Part shown: positions 1 through 8,256 of the stretch, piece after piece
Layout: every line of letters starts with the position of its first letter
Numbering within the stretch: position 1 is the stretch's first letter
Origin: Promethearchaeota archaeon
GTDB lineage: Archaea; Asgardarchaeota; Lokiarchaeia; Sigyniarchaeales; SOKP01
Assembly (NCBI GenBank): GCA_048941265.1
Contig: JBHLNT010000064.1
Span: 1 to 22,381, forward strand
Reading direction: 5' to 3'
Length of the DNA stretch: 22,381 bases
Position numbers and translations under genes: made by a program
Notes under the pieces: generated by a model
What the model saw: only the letters and a program-made list of their open reading frames with translations
The model's database searches: none
Told to the model about the DNA's origin: nothing

Positions 1-1320
1 ACGGTAATTACAGAGGGATTTAGAAAAGCAGCTGAAAAAGCAGTAGAAATACTTGATAATATGTCTATTAAAAGTGGTATTGATGACAAAGTGGGACTTA
101 AAAACGCAGCTATGACCTGTATGGGGTCGAAAATAGTATCAGAAAGCAAAGAACAATTATCTGAATTATGTATTGGCGCCATTGAAGCCATCGCAGAAAA
201 AGTTGATGGTAAATGGGTTGCTGATATAGATAAAGTTCAGATCCAAAAGAAGGAAGGAGACAGCATCGATGATACTAAACTGATTAAAGGTATTATCCTT
301 GATAAAGAAATTGTAAGCCCAGGAATGCCTAAAACTGTTAAAGACGCCAAGATTCTTTTAATTCAATCCGCTCTAGAAATTGAAAAAACCGAATTCGATA
401 GCAAGCTGCAAATTACCAGCCCAGAGCAAATTCAGCAATTTCTTGATGAAGAAGAACGAATGCTACGAAATATGGTAGACAAAATCGTAAATTCTGGTGC
501 CAACGTCGTAATCTGCCAAAAAGGAATAGATGATATGGCTCAACATTTCTTAGCAAAAGCAGGTATTTTAGCGGTCCGTAGAGTTAAAAAATCCGACCTT
601 GAAAAACTTACTAAAGCTACCGGAGGAATGATTTATACGGACTTTAACGACATCAGCCAAGATAAGCTGGGATACGCCGGCTTAGTAGAAGAACGCAAAA
701 TCATGAGCGACAGCTGGATCTTTATTGAAGAATGCAAAGATCCTAAATCTGTGGTAATCTTGATCAGAGGTGGAACCGAACTCATCGTTGATGAGGTAGA
801 CAGATCCATTCATGATGCGTTATGCGTAGTGAGAGATATTGTGGAGGACCAAAAAATTGTTGGTGGCGGGGGAGCCCCAGAACTCGAAACTGCTATACAA
901 TTAAGAGAATATGCCTCAACCTTAGGCGGTCGAGAACAGTTAGCCGTAGAAATTTTCGCAGATTCCTTGGATATCATTCCTAAAACTCTTGCAGAAAACG
1001 CAGGGTTAGATCAAATAGATATATTGATGCAACTAAGAGCTGCTCACCAAAAAGGAAATAAATTCGCGGGATTCGATCTTGAAACAGGTGAAGTTCTTAA
1101 TGATATAATGAGCGTTAAAGTAGTTGAACCCACTGCTGTAAAAGTTCAGGCAGTTAAAAGCTCCGTGGAAGCTGCTTCTATGATTCTACGTATTGATGAT
1201 GTAATTGCTGGTGCAAAATCGGCTATGCCAGAAATGCCCCCAGGAGGGATGCCACCTGGAGGAATGGGCGGTATGGGAGGTATGCCCCCCGGGATGGGCG
1301 GTATGCCACCAATGTATTAA
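1..1320 (+). CDS. ths: Thermosome subunit (group II chaperonin), 5'-truncated by the window edge
   Basis: Frame is open from base 1 (TVITEGFRKAAEKAVEIL...), so ATG 61 is internal. Group II motifs: GIILDKE, QKGIDD, AVRRVKKSD, ILIRGG, GGGAPE, IPKTLAENAG, VVEP, ILRIDD. Gly/Met/Pro-rich tail. Confidence 0.97.
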   Translation, partial: TVITEGFRKAAEKAVEILDNMSIKSGIDDKVGLKNAAMTCMGSKIVSESKEQLSELCIGAIEAIAEKVDGKWVADIDKVQIQKKEGDSIDDTKLIKGIILDKEIVSPGMPKTVKDAKILLIQSALEIEKTEFDSKLQITSPEQIQQFLDEEERMLRNMVDKIVNSGANVVICQKGIDDMAQHFLAKAGILAVRRVKKSDLEKLTKATGGMIYTDFNDISQDKLGYAGLVEERKIMSDSWIFIEECKDPKSVVILIRGGTELIVDEVDRSIHDALCVVRDIVEDQKIVGGGGAPELETAIQLREYASTLGGREQLAVEIFADSLDIIPKTLAENAGLDQIDILMQLRAAHQKGNKFAGFDLETGEVLNDIMSVKVVEPTAVKVQAVKSSVEAASMILRIDDVIAGAKSAMPEMPPGGMPPGGMGGMGGMPPGMGGMPPMY

Positions 1321-1328
1321 TATAAACC

Positions 1329-1352
1329 TTTTTTTTAATTCTTTTTTATTTC
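1329..1352 (+). terminator. Oligo-T archaeal-type terminator after the thermosome gene
   Basis: TTTTTTTTAATTCTTTTTTATTTC starts 9 nt after the TAA stop. Confidence 0.55.
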
Positions 1353-1708
1353 TTATTAATTTTCTTGAATTTAATTTGCCTATCTCTGAGGAAATCTTAT
1401 TTTTAGAGAAAGAGAGAATACAAGTGAATTCAATAAATTTGGGGAATTTTTCTTCAATAATGATGTAGAATAATTTTAGTGGTTAATTCTTTTCCTGCAA
1501 TTTTTTTGCGATATTTTGGCTTACTTCGCAACCCACTACATCTATTCCCGCGATTGAGTATTTCAATTCTTTTTTAACTTCATCTGATTCTACAATTTTT
1601 TTTACTTTTTAATTCTATTTTTTTTTTGATTTAAGTGTTTTTGTTATTTATCTAGATCTTATTTGGCAAATTAGGTAAAAAACAAAATAAAGTTGGATTG
1701 ATTATTAT

Positions 1709-2329
1709 TTGTTAAGTGAGGTGTTTACGATCGGAAGAGAGAGATACAATGATATGCTGGACTATCGCTTAAAACAGCTGGAAAAAAGCAAAAAACCGGC
1801 CCAGGAGGCGTCAAGTTTCTTTATCGTTATATCAAATAAAGATAGAAAAGAAATCCGGTATTCTTCTTTTGAATCGATTCCGTTAGATATTAGATCTGAT
1901 GAGAAAAATTTTGAGATTTTAAAAATACGATATGAACGCCAAGAACGTCGAACTCAAAAATCAAGTATGTTTGTTCCGAGAATTGTGCAGCGTTGGGGTT
2001 ATTCATATTACGAAAAATTACTTTATAATCTCTTAATCAAAAAGGGCTATAGGGAGAATATGGACTTTACACATCTTTTCCGGATTGAAAGCCAAGATAT
2101 TATGTTGGATTTTGCGTTTGAGAAAGAAAAATTAGATATCGAATGCGACGGGGAGCCGTGGCATGAAAAATGCAGAAATCCCGTAGAGGAAAGGACTCGT
2201 GATGAGTATTTAAAAACACTTGGCTGGAAACTTTTAAGATTTAAATTTAAATTTGGTGATATTAAAAATAATTTAATTAATGCGGGAAAGCAGATCGAAT
2301 TAGAACTTAAGAAAAATCAAAAGGTCTAA
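1709..2329 (+). CDS. DUF559 / Vsr-like PD-(D/E)xK endonuclease domain protein (start may be ATG 1754)
   Basis: C-terminal half has the DUF559 pattern: E-x2-L...L...G, LDFA, IECDGEPWH, RDEYL...GWKLLRF. The N-terminal ~90 aa are not recognised. Confidence 0.8.
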   Translation: MLSEVFTIGRERYNDMLDYRLKQLEKSKKPAQEASSFFIVISNKDRKEIRYSSFESIPLDIRSDEKNFEILKIRYERQERRTQKSSMFVPRIVQRWGYSYYEKLLYNLLIKKGYRENMDFTHLFRIESQDIMLDFAFEKEKLDIECDGEPWHEKCRNPVEERTRDEYLKTLGWKLLRFKFKFGDIKNNLINAGKQIELELKKNQKV

Positions 2330-2477
2330 AATTTAGAGTTAAATATAGTATTCAGATGCTATAAATAGTAAAAACAAGTTTTAAAATATAAAATTCCTAA
2401 TGTTTAGAGAAATTCAGAATGAAAAAAGTGTGATTTAATGGATTCAAAACTTTTTAATATTTAAATATTCTTGGTTT

Positions 2478-3404
2478 TTATTTATAATACGAGGCTTTAG
2501 TCTTGAATCCAATGAGAATCAATATAAATGAAAATAATATTCCTGCTTCTCCTATTAATGTAGCAATTAATAATCCTTGGATTGTGGTGGTTAAGAATAA
2601 ATAGATCAATATTTGGGGAAGAAAATGAAAAATAAGGTAAGATATAAAGCCTAAACTAATAAGTAAGCAATTTATTTCTGGTAAAATTTTTCCTTTATGT
2701 GCTGAAATGAACACCCAAATTATTGGGCAGAGTACAGAAGAGAAAATTAGATAAACAACCAAAAGAAGTAGTACATTTGGGGAAAAAATTATTACAGTTA
2801 GATATGCTCCTAGCCAAATTACTAATACAACTTTTACTTTTTTTTCAATTACCTCATCTTTATTTAAATTTTTTTCTCTAAAATATCGTTTAAATAAAAA
2901 TAAATATGTTCCGATTGAGAGGAGAGCTAAAGTGCTAAATGCTCCAATAATCTGTCTGATTTTGTATATATTTAGAATTAAGCTATTTGAAAAAAGCCCG
3001 TTTCCAATATACATAATAAATATAGTTATATCCAAAAATTTTATGACAGAATTAATATAAAAAAATAAACCAAAAAGCAGAGGAATATCAAAATAGTTTT
3101 TAATATCTTTATTTAACCACTTTTTTATAAAGAAAAATGATAAACTTAACGAGATAATTATTCTCAGTGCTATAACAATTAACAAGAATATAAAATAATC
3201 AATATATTCAAAGGAGTTAAAAATTTGGATGATTTCTTTAGTATGCTCTAAGTAAAAGAAAATATATGTAATCAAATAAATGAATATTATATTACTCAAT
3301 AACAATCCTATTATTAGCAAATTCGCTTTATTTTTTTGATTAGATTCTAATCGAACTCTATATTGAGATGATTGAGATGATTTTATGTTTGGCTCTTTTT
3401 TCAT
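2478..3404 (-). CDS. Orphan polytopic membrane protein (7-8 TM), paralog 4
   Basis: About 8 hydrophobic segments. Shares W..DIPLLFGLFFY, KFLD, AHKGKILPEINCL and IGFKTKA with the three other paralogs. Confidence 0.85.
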   Translation of the reverse strand: MKKEPNIKSSQSSQYRVRLESNQKNKANLLIIGLLLSNIIFIYLITYIFFYLEHTKEIIQIFNSFEYIDYFIFLLIVIALRIIISLSLSFFFIKKWLNKDIKNYFDIPLLFGLFFYINSVIKFLDITIFIMYIGNGLFSNSLILNIYKIRQIIGAFSTLALLSIGTYLFLFKRYFREKNLNKDEVIEKKVKVVLVIWLGAYLTVIIFSPNVLLLLVVYLIFSSVLCPIIWVFISAHKGKILPEINCLLISLGFISYLIFHFLPQILIYLFLTTTIQGLLIATLIGEAGILFSFILILIGFKTKASYYK

Positions 3405-3410
3405 ATTTCA

Positions 3411-4280
3411 TCATCTATAACTGACTCTCGTTTTAAAACCAATCAAAATGATTATAAATGAGATTAAACTTAAGATTTCCATTATCATTACACTAATTAC
3501 TTCAGCATCTAAAATAAAACAATTCAGAACTAAAGCTATAAATGGCAAGGAAATTTGAGATAAAGCATAGATAAAAAATCCTATACTTATAACTAAACAA
3601 TTTATATCTGATAAGATGTTCCCTCTATGTGCTCTATAAAAAATCCAACTAATTACTAAAAAAATAAAGCAAATTGCTATTATAACCAAACGAATATAAT
3701 ATAAATTATTTAAGAAGTTTAAAATGATGATCCAAAAACCAAAATAAATGGATAAAAAAGCAATCGTATTGTTTTTAATAATTTTTCTTATCTCTTGGTA
3801 TGATTTATCTAGATTTTGTTTATATAGATAGAGATATAATCCCAAGATATAAAGCGGTAAGACTGTTACTACTGCAAAAATATATCTAAATCTAGCCAAA
3901 TTTATTAAGTCGATATTTGAAGATATTTCAGGATTTATATATATTAAAGCCATTATTAAATCTATTAATTTGCCGATAATAAATAAATAAAAAAATACAC
4001 CTAAGAGAAAGGGGATATCAACTACGTGCTTTTCTTCTTTAGATTGCCATTTATGAAAAAGAATAGAGATTAAATAACTTGAAATAATAACTTTCGTTAT
4101 AGTAATTCCAGTGATAAGAATCAGATAATTTGAATAATGGGAATTAAGATAACATGTTTTTATTTCTTCAAAACTCATCAAGCAGAAATATATTATGACT
4201 AACGAATAAATAACTAACAGAATTAAAAATAAGTAAATGATCGGAAATAAATTAGTTCTGCTTTTTTTATTAAACTCCAT
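3411..4280 (-). CDS. Orphan polytopic membrane protein (7-8 TM), paralog 3
   Basis: DIPFLLGVFFY, GKLID, AHRGNILSDINCL, IGFKTR. Only 6 bp separate it from the next paralog, so they are probably co-transcribed. Confidence 0.85.
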   Translation of the reverse strand: MEFNKKSRTNLFPIIYLFLILLVIYSLVIIYFCLMSFEEIKTCYLNSHYSNYLILITGITITKVIISSYLISILFHKWQSKEEKHVVDIPFLLGVFFYLFIIGKLIDLIMALIYINPEISSNIDLINLARFRYIFAVVTVLPLYILGLYLYLYKQNLDKSYQEIRKIIKNNTIAFLSIYFGFWIIILNFLNNLYYIRLVIIAICFIFLVISWIFYRAHRGNILSDINCLVISIGFFIYALSQISLPFIALVLNCFILDAEVISVMIMEILSLISFIIILIGFKTRVSYR

Positions 4281-4386
4281 TTCAATTCTATACCGGGATG
4301 AATCTGGAATCAGATTTTTATTTTGGATTTAATTCACTGAATCTTAATATATATAATTTATTTTCCAATATTTCGTAAATTAATGG

Positions 4387-5280
4387 TTAAATCTGTAATT
4401 TTTCTGACTTTCTTTTAATTATTTTTTTCTTTCGTTTAAATCCGAGTAAAATTATTATAAAAGAAATTAAACTAAAAATTTCCATAATAATAACACTTAT
4501 TATTTCACCATCTACAATTAGAGACATTAAGATCAAAGCTGAAAATGGTAAGGTAACTTGGGAAAGAGTATATAAGAAAAAACCTATGCTTATCATAAAA
4601 CAATTTATATTTTTTAGGATTTTTCCCCTATGTGCCTCAAAAAAAATCCAACTTATTAAAAAAAATGAAACTGAAAGTCCTAACATTATAAATCGGATAT
4701 ACAAATAATTATCAAATAAATTTATAAAAATATACCAAAAAATAAAAAAAATCGTTAAAAAAATTAGAGTAAATTTTCTGATAATTTTTCTGATCTCTTG
4801 GTACGATTTATCTAGGTTTCGTTTATATATATAGAGATATAATCCTATGATGTAAAGGGGCAAAACAGTCAGTATCCCAAAAATAAAACGATATCTCACT
4901 AAAGTTATAAAGTCGCTAAAAAAAATATTAGGATCGAAGTATTCTACATACATTATGAATTCTATTAATTTTCCAAGGTTAAATAAATAAAAAAATAAGC
5001 CTAGTAGAAATGGTATATCACTATAATGTTTTTCCTCTTTTTTAAACCAAGTATTAAAAAAGAAGTGTATTAAATATCCTGATATTATAAGCTTTGCAAC
5101 TATCACGATTGCAAATGTAATTAAGTATTTTGAATAGCTATAAATGGAAAAATCTTTGATTAATTCCTGAAATTTTAATAGGAAAATATATATAATTAAT
5201 GATGTATAACAAATTATGAGATTTAGAGCTAAAGCAATCAAGATAAACGCATTCATTCTATCTTTCTTGTTGTTAATCAA
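4387..5280 (-). CDS. Orphan polytopic membrane protein (7-8 TM), paralog 2 (TTG start, or ATG 5256)
   Basis: DIPFLLGLFFY, GKLIE, AHRGKILKNINCF, LGFKR. Shares NLDKSYQEIRKII with 3411-4280. Confidence 0.85.
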   Translation of the reverse strand: MINNKKDRMNAFILIALALNLIICYTSLIIYIFLLKFQELIKDFSIYSYSKYLITFAIVIVAKLIISGYLIHFFFNTWFKKEEKHYSDIPFLLGLFFYLFNLGKLIEFIMYVEYFDPNIFFSDFITLVRYRFIFGILTVLPLYIIGLYLYIYKRNLDKSYQEIRKIIRKFTLIFLTIFFIFWYIFINLFDNYLYIRFIMLGLSVSFFLISWIFFEAHRGKILKNINCFMISIGFFLYTLSQVTLPFSALILMSLIVDGEIISVIIMEIFSLISFIIILLGFKRKKKIIKRKSEKLQI

Positions 5281-5407
5281 GATATCTTCTCTAAAACATT
5301 AGTAATTGATTATTTCTTGAATAGTTTAAGTTTAATTTTCTCAGATTTAACATTAAATAACTGATTAAATTATGAGAATATGCAATTCAATTATATTTAG
5401 ATCTCTT

Positions 5408-5440
5408 GATTACACAAAATACTTTTTTGTATAAAAAATT
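5408..5440 (-). promoter_or_regulatory. Conserved upstream element (TATA-like) of the TM paralog, copy A
   Basis: + strand GATTACACAAAATACTTTTTTGTATAAAAAATT aligns with 7579-7611. It contains TTTATA on the minus strand. Confidence 0.55.
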
Positions 5441-5552
5441 AAGCAATTTGAGATAAGTTTCAAAATATAACATTTAAGAAAGATTTGCTCTTAATTTAGC
5501 AGAAAAATAATTAAGGTTAAATTGAAATAGAACCATAGCTTTACAAATAACT

Positions 5553-5888
5553 TTATTTTTCTTTTGAAGATTTTCCCTCCCACATATCCTCAATTTTTTC
5601 CAGGAATTTATCTTTCCCAATCAATTTTTTGTAAGTTCCATCACCTTGTAGGACATAAGTTCCCGAAGATAATTGAATTTCTTCAATTTTAGTTAAATCG
5701 GGATTTTTTTGCATAATTTCTTCAGCTTTTATTTGTAAAAGGTGTAAGATATACTGCGAAACATTCTTAAACCCAAGATTTGGAAATTTTGCGATATAGG
5801 CCTCAAATAATATCCGAAGTTCATTGGGAATATTCATTGTATAATAATCATAATCTTTACGGGTTTTCTTGTGAAGATTTCTCGACAT
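5553..5888 (-). CDS. Ribbon-helix-helix (CopG/Arc/MetJ-like) DNA-binding protein, paralog A
   Basis: YYTMNIP (beta strand), NELRILFEAYIAK (helix A), LGF turn, NVSQYILHLL (helix B). ATG 5888 is preferred to TTG 5897 because it aligns with the ATGs of the paralogs. Confidence 0.75.
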   Translation of the reverse strand: MSRNLHKKTRKDYDYYTMNIPNELRILFEAYIAKFPNLGFKNVSQYILHLLQIKAEEIMQKNPDLTKIEEIQLSSGTYVLQGDGTYKKLIGKDKFLEKIEDMWEGKSSKEK

Positions 5889-5950
5889 TCTTATCAACTT
5901 CGAAAAGGAGTTTTTAATTCTGTTTAAATTAGTAATATTTTAATCTTATA

Positions 5951-5969
5951 ATAATTTCACTTAAATTTA
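5951..5969 (-). promoter_or_regulatory. 19-bp motif upstream of RHH paralog A
   Basis: + strand ATAATTTCACTTAAATTTA, identical at 8108-8126 and 8593-8611; 63 nt from the ATG. Confidence 0.7.
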
Positions 5970-5971
5970 AA

Positions 5972-6382
5972 TCAGTTTCTGATTGTGAAAAAAATTTCAG
6001 AGTTTTCTATCCAGATAAATGGTATCTGGACGCTACAATTTCTAATAATAAAATATTCACAAGAATCTTCGATTAAAATACCATTATTCATTATTACTGC
6101 ATTGATAGTGACATTTTCGATAATGTGCGGGTCTTGAGGTGCTCCTGCCCCTACTTGAATCCAATCTAACGCTGTAGATGACCGTTATCATTGAGGATAT
6201 ATATATAATCGACTGTTCAATAACCAGAGGATTTTGGATTTTTTAAGTCGTTTCATCAATATCTACACTATATTTCTTCATAACATCAGCATTATTGCTG
6301 AAATTTAGGCTGTTCATAGCTATAAGGCAAATAATAATCCTAAAACATTTAATATAGTAATTTTTTTTGATTTGAATTTCAT
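5972..6382 (-). pseudogene. Decayed N-terminal fragment of a secreted parallel beta-helix (NosD-like) protein
   Basis: Manual translation across stops and frameshifts: MKFKSKKITILNVLGLLFAL*...NPKSSGY*TVDYIYILNDN/SSTALDWIQVGAGAPQDPHIIENVTINAVIMNNGILIEDSCEYFIIRNCSV...IENSEIFFTIRN*. This matches the N-terminus of 10623-13433 (RPKTSGWW...KPYTIENITMNA...GIYIQNS..YFIIRNCTV). Confidence 0.8.
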
Positions 6383-6402
6383 CTTATTTTTACCATTTAA
6401 AG

Positions 6403-6422
6403 CATGAAATGTAAATTTCATG
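6403..6422. repeat. Perfect inverted repeat CATGAAAT-gtaa-ATTTCATG (candidate operator)
   Basis: 8-bp arms, 4-nt spacer, 21 nt from the ATG of the pseudogene. Confidence 0.5.
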
Positions 6423-6587
6423 TACGCTATCATACGATTTTTGATAGATTTTTAAAAGATTCAAATCAAGTTACCTATATAAAGGTATAAGGAACGTTCT
6501 TTTCCAATGTCTGAAAAATAAAGAATTGATAACGAATAGATTAGAAATTCTCAATTGATGCCTTTTTGCATTTTGAATAATATTATT

Positions 6588-7487
6588 TTACGCATATTCT
6601 GCTTTAGTTTTAAATCCAATAAGTAGTAATATAAATGACACAAGTGCTAGTATTTCGTTTAGTAGAGTGCTAATACCTATACCATGAATTGGAATATTTG
6701 ATAAAAGTAAGGTTAAGCAAGGTGAAAGTATATGACAAGCAAAATAAAAAATAAATCCTATACTAATGACTAAACAATTTATTTCTGGTAGAATTTTTCC
6801 TTGATGAGATTTAAAGAATAACCAACTGATAAAAACAAATGTAGAACCTAATCCTATATACAGAGAGAGGAGAAATATTAATGTTCTTGCTAAAAAAAGA
6901 AAAATTAAAAAAACTGTAGCAAAAATTCCAGAAATTAAGAAAGCTGTTTTTTTTATTAATTTTTCCTTATTTATATTTGTTTTATTCAAATCAAAATGAA
7001 TAAAATAAAAATATATTCCAATAAAGAAAAGTGGTATTGCACTTATAATTCCTAATATAATTTTAATTTTTAAAAGAGTTAATAAATTTAAAATTGGAAG
7101 AAAATCATTACCAGCAAAATTAGTATACGTAATCAAATCTAATAACTTATGGATTATCATGAGATAAAAGAAAAAAGCGAATAGGAATGATATATCACTA
7201 AAACGTTGCATTTCCTGAGATAACCATCTTTTTATGAAAAAGTAAGTCAAATATATTGAAATTAAAATCCTGAATAGTACGACAATAGTTATCATGGTTA
7301 AATAATAGGAATAGGAAGAAAATAAATAGGCTTTAATTATCTCTTGATAAAAGGTTAAGTAAAAAAAAATAAATACTAGAAGATAAATAAAAATTATAAT
7401 AAGTATTAAAAATCCAACTGCTATCTCACTTAAGTTTAAGTTGAGACTTTTAATTCTAGATTGGTTTACTTTACTTTTTAGGGACAA
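6588..7487 (-). CDS. Orphan polytopic membrane protein (7-8 TM), paralog 1 (TTG start)
   Basis: DISFLFAFFFY, HKLLD, SHQGKILPEINCL, IGFKTKAEY. Confidence 0.85.
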   Translation of the reverse strand: MSLKSKVNQSRIKSLNLNLSEIAVGFLILIIIFIYLLVFIFFYLTFYQEIIKAYLFSSYSYYLTMITIVVLFRILISIYLTYFFIKRWLSQEMQRFSDISFLFAFFFYLMIIHKLLDLITYTNFAGNDFLPILNLLTLLKIKIILGIISAIPLFFIGIYFYFIHFDLNKTNINKEKLIKKTAFLISGIFATVFLIFLFLARTLIFLLSLYIGLGSTFVFISWLFFKSHQGKILPEINCLVISIGFIFYFACHILSPCLTLLLSNIPIHGIGISTLLNEILALVSFILLLIGFKTKAEYA

Positions 7488-7578
7488 TTGATATGCGCCC
7501 TTATAAATTGAAAAAATTTTAATTAATTTTAACTAACTTTTATTTGATTGCGAGAGTGATTATAACTGAGTTCTTTTA

Positions 7579-7611
7579 GATTACTACTAATACCTTTTTG
7601 TATAAATAATT
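7579..7611 (-). promoter_or_regulatory. Conserved upstream element (TATA-like) of the TM paralog, copy B
   Basis: + strand GATTACTACTAATACCTTTTTGTATAAATAATT aligns with 5408-5440. Confidence 0.55.
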
Positions 7612-7692
7612 TCTTAATTTTTATTATGAATCAAGAAGAATGATTTAACAAGTAAAGTTATTTAGAAGGGACTATAAGAGAATATAAGGAAT

Positions 7693-8045
7693 TTAACTCA
7701 ATAATTTATATTGTTTCTCTTTTGATTTTTTTCCTTCCCACATATCTTCAATTTTTTCTAGAAATTTATCTCTACCAATCATTTTTTTATATATTCCGTC
7801 TTCCTGTAAGAGATTGGTCCCCGAAGATAACTCAATTTCCTCAATTTTAGTTAAATCGGGATTTTTCTGCATGAGCTCTTCAGCTTTAATTTGTAATACT
7901 TGTAAGATATATTGTAAACATTTTTAAAACCCAGATTTGGAAATTTTGCGATATAAGCCTCAAAAAGAATCCGAAGTTCATTAGGAATGTTCATAGTATA
8001 ATAATGATAATCTCTACGGGTTTTTTTGAGAAGCTTTCTTGACAT
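7693..8045 (-). pseudogene. RHH protein paralog B, frameshifted by a 1-nt deletion at ~7915
   Basis: Paralog A reads GTT TCG CAG (V-S-Q); here it is GTT TA CAA. The shifted frame continues QYILQVLQIKAEELMQKNPDLTKIEEIELSSGTNLLQEDGIYKKMIGRDKFLEKIEDMWEGKKSKEKQYKLLS*, closely matching paralog A. Confidence 0.88.
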
Positions 8046-8107
8046 TCTTATCAAAATTGAAAAGGAGTTTTTATTTCTATTTAAATTAGTAATAATCTAA
8101 TCTTACA

Positions 8108-8126
8108 ATAATTTCACTTAAATTTA
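8108..8126 (-). promoter_or_regulatory. 19-bp motif upstream of RHH paralog B
   Basis: ATAATTTCACTTAAATTTA, 63 nt from ATG 8045. Confidence 0.7.
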
Positions 8127-8256
8127 AATTGAATTTTTTATTTAAAAAATGGATCTATTGAGTCCATAAGATACAAACTGAATTAATTAATATTCAGACA
8201 ACGCATTTATTATTAAAATTAATCTTTTTAAATATTATTTAAAAGAGGTGAACTTT

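Noticed and set aside
1205-1468. 87-aa + strand ORF
   Set aside because: Alternate frame over the thermosome tail running through the T-rich terminator; no protein-like features.
1483-1608. Short minus-strand frame KVKKIVESDEVKKELKYSIAGIDVVGCEVSQNIAKKLQEKN
   Set aside because: Looks somewhat protein-like and could be a gene remnant, but it is only ~41 codons, has an in-frame stop just upstream and cannot be assigned to a family.
2478-7487. TM paralogs as rhodopsins or true GPCRs
   Set aside because: No retinal-binding Lys (DxxxK/SxxxK) in the last helix and no DRY or NPxxY motifs; only a general multi-TM resemblance is supportable.
7851-8054. 67-aa ORF as a complete protein
   Set aside because: Its last ~21 residues are the out-of-frame product of the deletion at ~7915; the homologous frame continues to 7693.
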